A DNA stretch of 64,000 nt, taken from NCBI GenBank assembly GCA_044226625.1, contig JBGAGQ010000029.1, positions 1-64,000 on the forward strand, read 5' to 3'. Both the position numbers and the translations under genes were made by a program. Below the pieces are notes generated by a model. The model saw only the letters and a program-made list of their open reading frames with translations. It was not told where the DNA came from and searched no databases. This document shows, piece after piece, positions 46,163 through 55,286 of this stretch. This DNA is from Thermoanaerobaculia bacterium (GTDB lineage: Bacteria; Acidobacteriota; Thermoanaerobaculia; Multivoradales; UBA5704). The number at the start of each line of letters is the position of its first letter. The first letter of the stretch is position 1.

Positions 46163-49100
46163 TCAGGAGGTAGGCAGCATCGGTAGGATCGTCGCCATCT
46201 CCACATACCGGCAGAGAGCGTTTGCGAGGCTCAAGTGTCGGGGAGTACGACACTCAGGCTCGAGAAGGACCGGACAAGCGACGAGGACGCAGGCGCAGCG
46301 GGCACGGGAAGTGGCGACGTTCAAACGGTTGCGGCTGTAGAGGAATTCCATACCGCGCGGCGCGTCCTCGGGGGTCGAAGTAACCATCGAATAGATCACG
46401 ACCGGCGCCTCCTGGCCTTGAAACTTATCGACGGTTCCCACGGGGACGTCCGGAAGTAGCTGTTGTAGCCGATGAACTTGAGCATTGTAAGGCACGACGA
46501 TCAGGACGTCTCCGGCTGTGAGCGTCCGAAGACAGCCATCCCCATCGGTCCACTCCGCCTGCCCATCGAGCCACCCCCGAACGAGGTCGGCGACGACTCG
46601 GGCCTCTTCTTCGCTGGAACTCTGGTTCCCTTCGTGCTCTACCGGGAGAAAGTAAAGGCCGCTTTTGGGCACGGTTGGCAAAGCCGCCACCGTCTGTCGT
46701 TCTAGGCCCGACCTGGAGTGAAGCCGACCTTCGTAAAACTGCTCGGAGGTGAAGGCGCAGATCAAGGGGTGGAGGCGCCAGGTTTGGTCAAGAAAGAGGC
46801 CGCGATCGAGATCGATCGTCGGACGGCCGGCGAGAAGGTGAGTGAGCGCGGCAACCGCCGTCCCTTCCGGATGGCTCGCCTGGATCGGTTGCTCTAGCTG
46901 TTGCGGATCGCCGAGAAGCACGAGACTCGCCGCCGCCTGGGAGGCCGCGAGGACGTCGGCCACTGACATCTGGCCCGCCTCATCGACGAAAAGTACGTCG
47001 ACCGAATCCGCGAGATCCTCCCTTGCCCACAGCCAGGCGGTACCCGCCACGACTTTCGGCGTACCGCTTGCGAGCGCGGCTACGATCTCCGCGTTCTCTT
47101 CCGTCTTTCGGATCGAGCCACCTGGGTCGGAGACCCGCTCGTCACCCCCCTTTTGAAGGCAACAAAGGTCGAGACCTTCTTCGCGTGCCGCTTTCACCGC
47201 TTCATCGAGAAGCTTGGAAATCACCTTGTGCGACATCGCCGTCACCCCGACCTTCTTCCCACGGCGAACGAGCTCGGCGATCATTCGTGCTCCGGTGTAA
47301 GTCTTGCCTGCACCCGGCGGCCCTTGCAGTGGCAGAACGCCCCGATCGAGCTGGACGACCAGGCGACGGGCGGCCGAGACTACGTCTTCCCCCGCGCCGC
47401 CCAAGGCACCGTCCGTTGCAATGCACCCCCGCGGCGACCGGGAGAGGAGGAGGTCACGCGCCGCTCGGTACTTTCCTGGCGCGTCCATTCCATGGTCAGC
47501 CACCCACTCCCCGAGACGAACCAACGCCTCTTCGAGGACCTTCTTGTCGACGTGCCCATGCAGAAAAACCGACGCCGGATGCTCATCTAGCGTCACCCGA
47601 GTCTTCTTGATTTTCACTCGCCCCCCGGCCGGATCGAGTTCTTCGATCGAACCGAGCTTGCGCTTCTGGTCGATCCGAGCGTCCTTCGCCCTCCGATCGA
47701 CCTCCTGCGGCGGGAAGGAATATTCATCGGTCGGGAGCCTGCCACCTCCGGCCGCCGGGATCCGCCGCACGAAGCGTAGACCAGCAATCGCTTTCGGCTC
47801 GTCGATCCGTTCGTCCTCCGCGAGCTGTGCGAGCCGGTAGAACTCCCACCATCCCACCTTATCCTCGCGGCGGTGGAACTGCAGACTATGAGCCAGTATC
47901 CGGCGCGCCCGCTCCTCGGCCGTTAAGGCGCCAAGGTCGGCGGGCAACCCTTCGAGCAGGCGCTCGGCGAGCGCACGCACGCGGATCAACCATTCGGTCA
48001 GATTCTCGGCGGCTTGTTCGGGCTCGACGGGAGGACGAGTCAGATCAACCCCTCGATCGATCGCCTCCTTCCGAACACCTTCCAGCCAATCGCGCAGCCG
48101 CGCGGTCGACAGGCAGTCGTCCCGGTTGTACCCCGCGACCATACGCTTCAACTCTTCGCCGATCTCGTGAGCGTTTCCTAATTCCAAAGCGGCTTCGACC
48201 CGACGCAAGGCTCGGCTCGCCAGCTCGAGTGAAACTTGGCGCTCGAAACCGATCAACGGCTCGAGCTTTTTGAGCGAGTAGCTTTCCACTCCGATCCGCA
48301 CCGATTGGGTCGTTACCCGGTGGAGATCGACCAGCCGCTCACCTCGAAGCCATCGATCGAGCTCGTCCTCACGTGTGGCGTAACGGCCCATCAGACGCTT
48401 GAGCGCCGAGGCCTCGTAATCGCCGAAATGGTAGACGTGGAGGTCGGGATCTCGAACCCGGCGCTCGGTCAGGTCATCCATCAGCGATTCGAACGCATTT
48501 CGCTCCTGCCTCCGATCGAAGGCCCAACGCTCGTGGTATTCGGCGGAGCCGTCTTCTCCAAAGGTCACGAGCCCGAAAAGATATTCGAGGCCTCCTTCGC
48601 CCATGAACGGATCGCCTTCAAAATCGAGGAAGACGTCACCTGGAGAAGGCTCCGGCAACCGCGCGAGCCCACGGCGCTCCTCAATCGACGACAAAGGCAA
48701 TAGCTCCCACTTCAAACGTCCTGATTCCCTCGACTCGAGCTGGACCCTCGCCTGCTCGCGCAGGCGTTCGAGCGCCTCCTTCGAGCCACGAGACGGAGCC
48801 CGGACCAAGGGCACCGGCACGTGCGCAAATCCGCCGAGCGTGGTAATACCCGTTGTTTCGAGTTCTCGTGCATGTAGGCGTCTCATCCCGGCGACAAGGC
48901 TCAAGTGATCGTCTTGCCGCCATCGGGCGTCGCACTCCCGCCACCAGCGACAGATGGCGCAATGCGCGTTCGGCAGAGGATAGGTTTCGCCGGCCCCCGC
49001 AAGACTCTCTTCAAACCGACGGCGGGCGCGCCGGACGAAAGCGTGGTATTCGTCGACCCGATACCACTCGGGCATGAAGCCGCCCAGAGGCGTCACAACC

Positions 49101-49600
49101 CCGACTCGCTCCGGCAGCGTCCCTTGAATCTCGCCAAGCAACTCCGCATAGACGACCAGCTGAAGGATCGTTCCGCCACGCGTCTCCTCAGCGAGCTTCG
49201 TGTCGACCGGCTCATAGGACCATCCTCCGAGATCACTCGGGTGTTCTACGCGAAGGAGAACGTCCGCGCGGCCGCCCCAATCCCGGTCGCCCAAAGACGC
49301 CTGAGCGATAGCGTCGACCCCGTTGCGCATCGCCTCGCGGGTCGCCTCGCGAGCGGTTGCCTCACCTCCTTCCGAGGAAAGCTCCAATACCTGGCTTCCT
49401 CGGTCTCGCAAATGGGCCAGATAGGCAACTTCGTGCTCGCGACCTCGCTCGGCGAGCACCGCCAGCCGCGGATCGTATGCCTCGGGCTTGGGCCGCTTCC
49501 CCGCGGCGACGTCCCGATCGAGGATCGAAAGATGCCGACAGGCGAGATGGTTGGAAAGATCGGTCGCCGCGAAGACGAGCCTCGAATCTCGTAATTTCAT
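46163..49600 (-). CDS. TM0106-family RecB-like nuclease / RNase H-like / SF1 helicase fusion
   Basis: ATDLSNHLAC, ADVL...VDTK, FLDFEGD, YNRDD, QGPPGAGKT, DEAGQ, TVDKFQGQE, RLNVATSRA. Confidence 0.9.
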   Translation of the reverse strand: MKLRDSRLVFAATDLSNHLACRHLSILDRDVAAGKRPKPEAYDPRLAVLAERGREHEVAYLAHLRDRGSQVLELSSEGGEATAREATREAMRNGVDAIAQASLGDRDWGGRADVLLRVEHPSDLGGWSYEPVDTKLAEETRGGTILQLVVYAELLGEIQGTLPERVGVVTPLGGFMPEWYRVDEYHAFVRRARRRFEESLAGAGETYPLPNAHCAICRWWRECDARWRQDDHLSLVAGMRRLHARELETTGITTLGGFAHVPVPLVRAPSRGSKEALERLREQARVQLESRESGRLKWELLPLSSIEERRGLARLPEPSPGDVFLDFEGDPFMGEGGLEYLFGLVTFGEDGSAEYHERWAFDRRQERNAFESLMDDLTERRVRDPDLHVYHFGDYEASALKRLMGRYATREDELDRWLRGERLVDLHRVTTQSVRIGVESYSLKKLEPLIGFERQVSLELASRALRRVEAALELGNAHEIGEELKRMVAGYNRDDCLSTARLRDWLEGVRKEAIDRGVDLTRPPVEPEQAAENLTEWLIRVRALAERLLEGLPADLGALTAEERARRILAHSLQFHRREDKVGWWEFYRLAQLAEDERIDEPKAIAGLRFVRRIPAAGGGRLPTDEYSFPPQEVDRRAKDARIDQKRKLGSIEELDPAGGRVKIKKTRVTLDEHPASVFLHGHVDKKVLEEALVRLGEWVADHGMDAPGKYRAARDLLLSRSPRGCIATDGALGGAGEDVVSAARRLVVQLDRGVLPLQGPPGAGKTYTGARMIAELVRRGKKVGVTAMSHKVISKLLDEAVKAAREEGLDLCCLQKGGDERVSDPGGSIRKTEENAEIVAALASGTPKVVAGTAWLWAREDLADSVDVLFVDEAGQMSVADVLAASQAAASLVLLGDPQQLEQPIQASHPEGTAVAALTHLLAGRPTIDLDRGLFLDQTWRLHPLICAFTSEQFYEGRLHSRSGLERQTVAALPTVPKSGLYFLPVEHEGNQSSSEEEARVVADLVRGWLDGQAEWTDGDGCLRTLTAGDVLIVVPYNAQVHRLQQLLPDVPVGTVDKFQGQEAPVVIYSMVTSTPEDAPRGMEFLYSRNRLNVATSRARCACVLVACPVLLEPECRTPRHLSLANALCRYVEMATILPMLPTS

Positions 49601-49803
49601 GGATCGATACCTTTCCCGGATAAAAGAATTGCCCGCGATGTCCAGCCGCAAAAGAGTCGAATAACGATAAATTAGGGAAACCGGAAAAACAAGCAGGGAC
49701 GGCCGAAGAGACCGATGTCGGTAACCGTTCGCCTCCGGCCGGAATAGTGGCTTGCGTACCGAGCGCGAGCGCGCTCCCACGAACGAAAGGAAATCGCTAC
49801 ACC

Positions 49804-49950
49804 ATGAAGAAAAAGCTCGCTCCTCTCACCCTCCACCGCGAGACGCTTCGCGTGCTCACCCTCGACGCGGCGAAGGTGGCGCAGGGCGGCATCACCCCCT
49901 CGGCTGGTCAGTGCACCCGGACCGAGGTCATCACCTGCTTCGATTGCTGA
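49804..49950 (+). CDS. RiPP-like precursor P5, 48 aa
   Basis: GAAAGGA upstream; MKKKLAPLTLHRETLRVLTLDAAKVAQGG then ITPSAGQCTRTEVITCFDC. Confidence 0.78.
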   Translation: MKKKLAPLTLHRETLRVLTLDAAKVAQGGITPSAGQCTRTEVITCFDC

Positions 49951-50006
49951 TTCCTTCCTGAGCTCCCGGGCTCGAGCGGGCCGGTCCGTCGGACCCGCTC
50001 GATGCC

Positions 50007-50444
50007 TCACCTCTTGGTCAGCTCCAGCTGCCCTTCGAGCGGCGGGCCGCCCGAGCAGTTCGCCGGCGTGCTGAATTGGCCGCGCAAGCGATCGCCGTCG
50101 CGGGTGGCGACGCTCGACCAACCACATCCCCCGAAAAGCGGCGCCCCTTGGAGTCCCGTGACGAGGACCAGATTGGCAACGAGCGGCGTCGTCACGACGA
50201 CCCCATGGCCTTCGCCGATATTGGGGCACTGCCCCGTCCAATTCCCGATGAGGTCCACGCCGTCTCGAGCCAGGGTCAGCGAGAGGGAACACGTCGCGCG
50301 AGGAGAGCTGAGCGCCGCGCTGCCCGCCCAGTTGCCTTCGAGAGCCACCGGCGAAGTCGTCCTCGGCTCCGAGGGCGAAGATCCTCCTCCACACCCCAAC
50401 GCCAAAAGACTCAAGCAGACCAGGATCGTCGACTTTCGGATCAT
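50007..50444 (-). CDS. Hypothetical lipoprotein
   Basis: GAGGAG RBS; lipobox LALGC; LEGNWAG beta-rich domain. Confidence 0.7.
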   Translation of the reverse strand: MIRKSTILVCLSLLALGCGGGSSPSEPRTTSPVALEGNWAGSAALSSPRATCSLSLTLARDGVDLIGNWTGQCPNIGEGHGVVVTTPLVANLVLVTGLQGAPLFGGCGWSSVATRDGDRLRGQFSTPANCSGGPPLEGQLELTKR

Positions 50445-50615
50445 CGGCTCCTCCTCGATCCTCAAGGCGCGAACCTCGGTCGAATCCGATCACTCCGGCT
50501 CGCAATCGCCGACTCATGCACCTCTTTCTATAGGCAACCGTCCAGAGCGTCCGTCAGCCGGCTCACGATCGGGCCGGCGGTGGCCGCCTCTTTGTCGCCT
50601 ACGAAAGGGAACGAG

Positions 50616-53600
50616 ATGAGTCACCGATTGGGAACGTCGTGGACCACGGGATGTGCGTTCTCCCTTGCCGCTCTCGCGGCGGGAGCTCAACCACCCCCGT
50701 ACGACGGCATCTTCGACTGGCCGGTCGGAGCGCGCACGGCGACCGGCTCCGGCTACCTGGTGCAGCAAAACTACGACAACCTGGATGGTCCCCGGCTCTG
50801 CAACCAGACCACCTGTGCCACCGACGACGACTACACCTACACCTGCGGTCGCGGGCACGCCGGGGCCGACCTGACTCTACCCACGGCTTCGAGCGCGTCG
50901 GGCGCCACCGTCTACTCGGCGGCCGACGGCATCGTCGAGTGCACCGCGAACCCGAACTATCCGGGATCGGTCGTCGTAGTCCGGCACCCGCTGCCGGACG
51001 GCGGAACGATCTACACGATGTACGGCCATCTCGGCTCGCTGGCGACGGGCATCGCCGCAAACAAAGTGCTCCGCCGCGGAGACCCGGTGGGAACCGTCTA
51101 CAACTGGGGAACCAACTCCCATCTTCACTTCGAGGTGCGGACCTTCCCCCGCTGGGACCGGACCCTCGACCAGCCGAGCTTCGATCCCGCCAAGGAGTGC
51201 TACGGCCGAGGCTACGCGGCGCCGAATCCCTTGGGCGTGGCGCTCGATCCCGGCTATCTCGACGCCGTCGGCTGGATCCTCGGGCACCGGACCTTCCCCG
51301 TGACGATGACCTCGCCGGTGTCACGGCCGCTGCTCACCCAGCCGGGCCCCTTTGGAGTCCCGGTGGGAGGAGGGGTAGCCATTCCTGCCAACACCGCTTT
51401 CACCGTGCTCGAAGCCATGCGCTCGACCGATTTCGTTTGCGGCACCACGCTCCCGGACGGAGAGTCGGAATGCTTCTCGGGGGTTCAGCATTGCCGCAGC
51501 GATCGGTTATCGCTCTGCACCAGCCGGATGGTCACCGATTGCCAAAACGGCGCCTGCGACTGGTGGTACAAAGCTCGGTACCTACCCACCGGATCGACGA
51601 TCCCGTTCTACGGCTATTTCAAGGCCTTCACCAAGGGAGGCTACGGCGGTGACCTCGCGGTCGGCGAGCCGTTCCAGGCCGCGGCGCCCTGGACGGACCC
51701 CGCGGGCACGCCCCTCGTCTGGCACGAATACGACATCGCCGACGTCTTGAACCGCGCGGTCGCGAATCGCGGCAGCGACGCGACGCTCGGTGGCCAGATC
51801 GCAGGCACCTACCAGATCAACGCGCCGCCGGCCGACTCGGCCATCGTGCTCGACGGTACGACCAGCTACGTCGAAGTCACGAACAGCGGCCGGATCAAAG
51901 GTCCCGGCGCGTTCCAGGTCGAGGCGCGGGTGCTCCGCGCGAGCGCCACCACCGAGGACGTGGTCGCCGCCCAGTGGCATCCGACCGATCTCGCTCGGCA
52001 ACGTTGGCGGCTCACGCTCGTCCCGGTCAACAGCGTGATCGGCCGCTACGCGCCCGAGCTCCTGTTCGAGGCGAAGACGACCGACGGCGTGATCCACTCG
52101 CTCGCTTACGCCCTTCCCGACTGTCCGGATCCCTCGCGGCCCTTCTACGTCGGAGCGGCGTTCGATCCCGCCACAGGATTCAAGCTCTATTACAACCGCC
52201 GCCTGGTCGTTTCCGAGGCGGCGACGGGCCTTCAGATGGCCGGAGGCAACGTCGCGATGCGAATCGGCAGCGACGGCCGTGACGGCGTATCCGACGCCGC
52301 CCGGTTCCACGGCACGATCGACAAGTTCCGTTTCTGGGGTCCCGCGCCCGCCGCCTGCTCGAACCTCGATCTCGCCTTCGTGATCGACACCACGGGGAGC
52401 ATGGGCGACGACATCGCGCAGGTCAAAGCGGCCGCGAGCGACATCGTCGACCGGGTGCTGTCCGGACCGGCATGCGCGCGATTCGCGGTGGTCGACTACC
52501 GCGACTTCCCGGTGTCTCCTTACGGCGCCGCGGGCGATTACCCGTACAAGGCCGACCGCGATTTCACCAACAACCGGGCGGCCATCCTCGCCGCGATCCA
52601 GGCTCTTTCGATCGGCAACGGGAACGACTTCCCCGAATCGGTCTACTCGGGCATCGTCCACACCATCCAGACCGACGCCGACGGGATGGGCGGCGATCTG
52701 ACCCCGTGGCGCTCGAACGCGGCCAAGGCGATCCTCCTCTTCGGCGACGCCCCGGGGCACGATCCCGAGCCGATCTCGGGCTACACGCTCGCGAGCGTCA
52801 TCCAAGCGGCCCTCGCGGGAGGAGTCATCACCCTGCCCGGAGGCACCGGGCTCGCCGCCCAGGCGACCTCCGCGACCACCAGCCCGATCGAGATCAGCTC
52901 GATCCACATCGGATTCGACGGCTCGGCGCAAACCAACTTCCGCGCCCTCGCCGATCAGACCGGAGGCACCTATTTCAACGCCCCGGCGGCGACCGACGTG
53001 GTCGACGCGGTGATCGACGCGATCGACGTGGCGCTCTCGCGCCTCCCCGTGAACAACCCCGATTTCGAGGTCCAGACGTTCCCGGAGTACGGCCGGATGG
53101 ACGGCTGGGGTCCCTCCGGGGCCTGGTCCGCTCACGCGACCCATCCGACTCCGGGAAGTGCCAACCTGGGCGCCCGGTACGGGTTCTACGCCGCGGGAAC
53201 CACCGAGACCGTGGGCCAGGTGCTCGAGGCGCGCTTCGCGCCCCAGACGACCTACACGTTCAAGAGCCAGGCGATCGGCGGCGGCGATCTGTCGGGCAGG
53301 GTTCCGTACCAGATCGGCTATACCTCGACCGAGGGGAATCTTTCGACTTTCGTGGCGCTCAAGACCCAGGTGATCGACGTCACCGGCTGGACCTCTTGGA
53401 GGCCCACCGCCGGCGTGAGCTACACCACCGGAGCGGGCGGCACGGAGATCGGCAAGAAGATCGCGATCCGCTTCGGCAACGGCAGCGCGGGCGGCTATAC
53501 CGACATCTGGTTCGACGACGTCCAGGTGATCGCCGGCGGGACCGAGCCGCCACCGCCGCCACCGGGAGCGTTGCTCGCCAACGGAGACATTGAAGTGACC

Positions 53601-54068
53601 ACCTCGGGCCCGGCCGGTCGGATCAACGGTTGGGGACCGAACGGTGCGTGGGCCTACCACAACCTGAACCCCGTCGCCGGTAATACGACGCTCGGCGCGC
53701 GTTTCGGCTACTACGCCGCGGGGACGGCCGAGACCTTCGGACAGCTCCTGGCCCTACGAATCGCTCCAGGGAAGACCTACACCTTCTCGAGCTGGGCTTA
53801 CGGCGGCGTCGATCGCCTGGGCAAGCTTCCGTACCAGATCGGTTACGCGACGATCGACGGCGATCTCTCGTCGTTCGTGCCGCTCAAGACCACGGTGGCG
53901 AACCTGGACGGCGCGACCGCCTGGGCCGCGAACTCGGGGGTTTCCTATACCAGCCCGCCCTCCGGAGCGGGAAACGGTAAGCAGCTGATCGTGCGCTTCG
54001 GCAACGCGGCGGCCGGAGGCGTTTCGGACATCTGGTTCGACAACCTGACGCTGACCGTCTCCCCGTAA
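50616..54068 (+). CDS. Secreted multidomain protein: M23 peptidase + LamG-like + VWA + two CBM-like repeats
   Basis: HAGAD and HLHFEVR (M23); LDGTTSYVEV...FHGTID (LamG); FVIDTTGSM (MIDAS); two homologous C-terminal domains ending IWFD. Confidence 0.85.
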   Translation: MSHRLGTSWTTGCAFSLAALAAGAQPPPYDGIFDWPVGARTATGSGYLVQQNYDNLDGPRLCNQTTCATDDDYTYTCGRGHAGADLTLPTASSASGATVYSAADGIVECTANPNYPGSVVVVRHPLPDGGTIYTMYGHLGSLATGIAANKVLRRGDPVGTVYNWGTNSHLHFEVRTFPRWDRTLDQPSFDPAKECYGRGYAAPNPLGVALDPGYLDAVGWILGHRTFPVTMTSPVSRPLLTQPGPFGVPVGGGVAIPANTAFTVLEAMRSTDFVCGTTLPDGESECFSGVQHCRSDRLSLCTSRMVTDCQNGACDWWYKARYLPTGSTIPFYGYFKAFTKGGYGGDLAVGEPFQAAAPWTDPAGTPLVWHEYDIADVLNRAVANRGSDATLGGQIAGTYQINAPPADSAIVLDGTTSYVEVTNSGRIKGPGAFQVEARVLRASATTEDVVAAQWHPTDLARQRWRLTLVPVNSVIGRYAPELLFEAKTTDGVIHSLAYALPDCPDPSRPFYVGAAFDPATGFKLYYNRRLVVSEAATGLQMAGGNVAMRIGSDGRDGVSDAARFHGTIDKFRFWGPAPAACSNLDLAFVIDTTGSMGDDIAQVKAAASDIVDRVLSGPACARFAVVDYRDFPVSPYGAAGDYPYKADRDFTNNRAAILAAIQALSIGNGNDFPESVYSGIVHTIQTDADGMGGDLTPWRSNAAKAILLFGDAPGHDPEPISGYTLASVIQAALAGGVITLPGGTGLAAQATSATTSPIEISSIHIGFDGSAQTNFRALADQTGGTYFNAPAATDVVDAVIDAIDVALSRLPVNNPDFEVQTFPEYGRMDGWGPSGAWSAHATHPTPGSANLGARYGFYAAGTTETVGQVLEARFAPQTTYTFKSQAIGGGDLSGRVPYQIGYTSTEGNLSTFVALKTQVIDVTGWTSWRPTAGVSYTTGAGGTEIGKKIAIRFGNGSAGGYTDIWFDDVQVIAGGTEPPPPPPGALLANGDIEVTTSGPAGRINGWGPNGAWAYHNLNPVAGNTTLGARFGYYAAGTAETFGQLLALRIAPGKTYTFSSWAYGGVDRLGKLPYQIGYATIDGDLSSFVPLKTTVANLDGATAWAANSGVSYTSPPSGAGNGKQLIVRFGNAAAGGVSDIWFDNLTLTVSP

Positions 54069-54128
54069 CGGCAACGCCTCCTCCGGGGCCGAGATCGCGG
54101 ACGATCGCGGCCCCGGAGGAACGAGCTC

Positions 54129-54764
54129 TCAGTTGCACTGCTTCCGGGTGTCGGTCGAATCGAACAGGTTCAAGACGTCGATGCCGATCCCGCAATCGAT
54201 CGCGTCGGACTCGCCGTCGAGCGCGTTGATCGTGTCTTTTCCGGAACTGCCGAAGATTCTGTCTTTGCCGCGGCCGCCGGTGATGTGATCGTCGCCGGTC
54301 CCGCCCTTGAGCAGATCGTCCCCCTCGTCGCCGTCGATCGTGTCGTTTCCCGTTCCGCCATCGATCGAATCGGGCACCAAGCTCCCCTTGATCACGTCGT
54401 CGCCCAATCCCCCGTCGATCGACATCGGGATCGCCTGCGCGGAGAACTTCTGGCTCGCCTTGTCGTTCTTGTCGCCGAGGACGAGGGCGATCAGCGAGCG
54501 CCGCTGGCAGACCGCACGGTTGCCGCTCGCCGTGCAGCCGGGCCCGACGAGAATCGTCTGCCGCGCCCGATCGGTGACGGCTACCCCGAGCGAGGTGTCG
54601 TCGCCGATCGGCGCCGTCGGATCGACCTCGATGTCGTTGACCTCGTTGTTGCCGGCGCGAAATACGAGGATGTCGTTCTCGATTTGGACCGTTCCGGCGC
54701 GCAGCGCCCCCGGAACGAGAGACAGCCCTCCGATCAAGACACAAACCCATTGGGTAGCACGCAT
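54129..54764 (-). CDS. Secreted RTX/hemolysin-type calcium-binding repeat protein
   Basis: GGAGG RBS; signal peptide; GGLGDD, GGTGND, GDEGDD, GGTGDD, GGRGKD nonapeptide repeats. Confidence 0.85.
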   Translation of the reverse strand: MRATQWVCVLIGGLSLVPGALRAGTVQIENDILVFRAGNNEVNDIEVDPTAPIGDDTSLGVAVTDRARQTILVGPGCTASGNRAVCQRRSLIALVLGDKNDKASQKFSAQAIPMSIDGGLGDDVIKGSLVPDSIDGGTGNDTIDGDEGDDLLKGGTGDDHITGGRGKDRIFGSSGKDTINALDGESDAIDCGIGIDVLNLFDSTDTRKQCN

Positions 54765-54886
54765 GGTTTTCCCTCCGATTGGGATCGTCAAGAGCGCTCT
54801 CGCGCTCGTCACCCATCATGGATTGAACGCCACCACGAACGGATCTACCGAAAGTCTGGATTTTCCGCGTCGAAAGTCGGGCACCC

Positions 54887-54924
54887 CTAATACCGACGCG
54901 ACTGGCGTTCGTCCTACCTCTCAG
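54887..54924 (+). promoter_or_regulatory. Putative promoter/operator upstream of precursor P2
   Basis: CTAATACCGAC-N12-CGTCCTACCTCTCAG, matching 3794-3830. Confidence 0.55.
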
Positions 54925-54991
54925 GGGCGTCCGCCGGCGTCTCGTCGCCCACGGATCGATCCGTCCCCGAGGTCAACTACGGGAGGAATCC

Positions 54992-55192
54992 ATGAAACGC
55001 AAGCTCCAACTCCACCGCGACACGATCATCCGCCTCACCCCCGTCGAAATGGAGGCCGCGCAGGGAGGCGCCGCGCCGACCCAGGACCGGAGCTGCTTGA
55101 TCGGCTCCTGCCTTTGTACGCTCCAGACCTGCGGCATCAGCTGCGGCGGCAGCTGCTTCCAGTACACCTGCCTCCAGCAGGCCTGCCAGTAA
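54992..55192 (+). CDS. RiPP (lanthipeptide-like) precursor P2, 66 aa
   Basis: GGGAGG RBS; [26 protein letters not shown] then [40 protein letters not shown] (8 Cys); paralog of P1. Confidence 0.82.
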   Translation: MKRKLQLHRDTIIRLTPVEMEAAQGGAAPTQDRSCLIGSCLCTLQTCGISCGGSCFQYTCLQQACQ

Positions 55193-55202
55193 GACCTGCG
55201 AC

Positions 55203-55230
55203 GGGCCGCTCCTGTTCCGAGGGGCGGCCC
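55203..55230. terminator. Hairpin after P2
   Basis: GGGCCGCTCCT-GTTCCG-AGGGGCGGCCC stem-loop. Confidence 0.4.
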
Positions 55231-55286
55231 GTCGACCCCGTCGATCGAACCGGGGGACATCGCTGGACCCTATAATCCGGGCCGAA

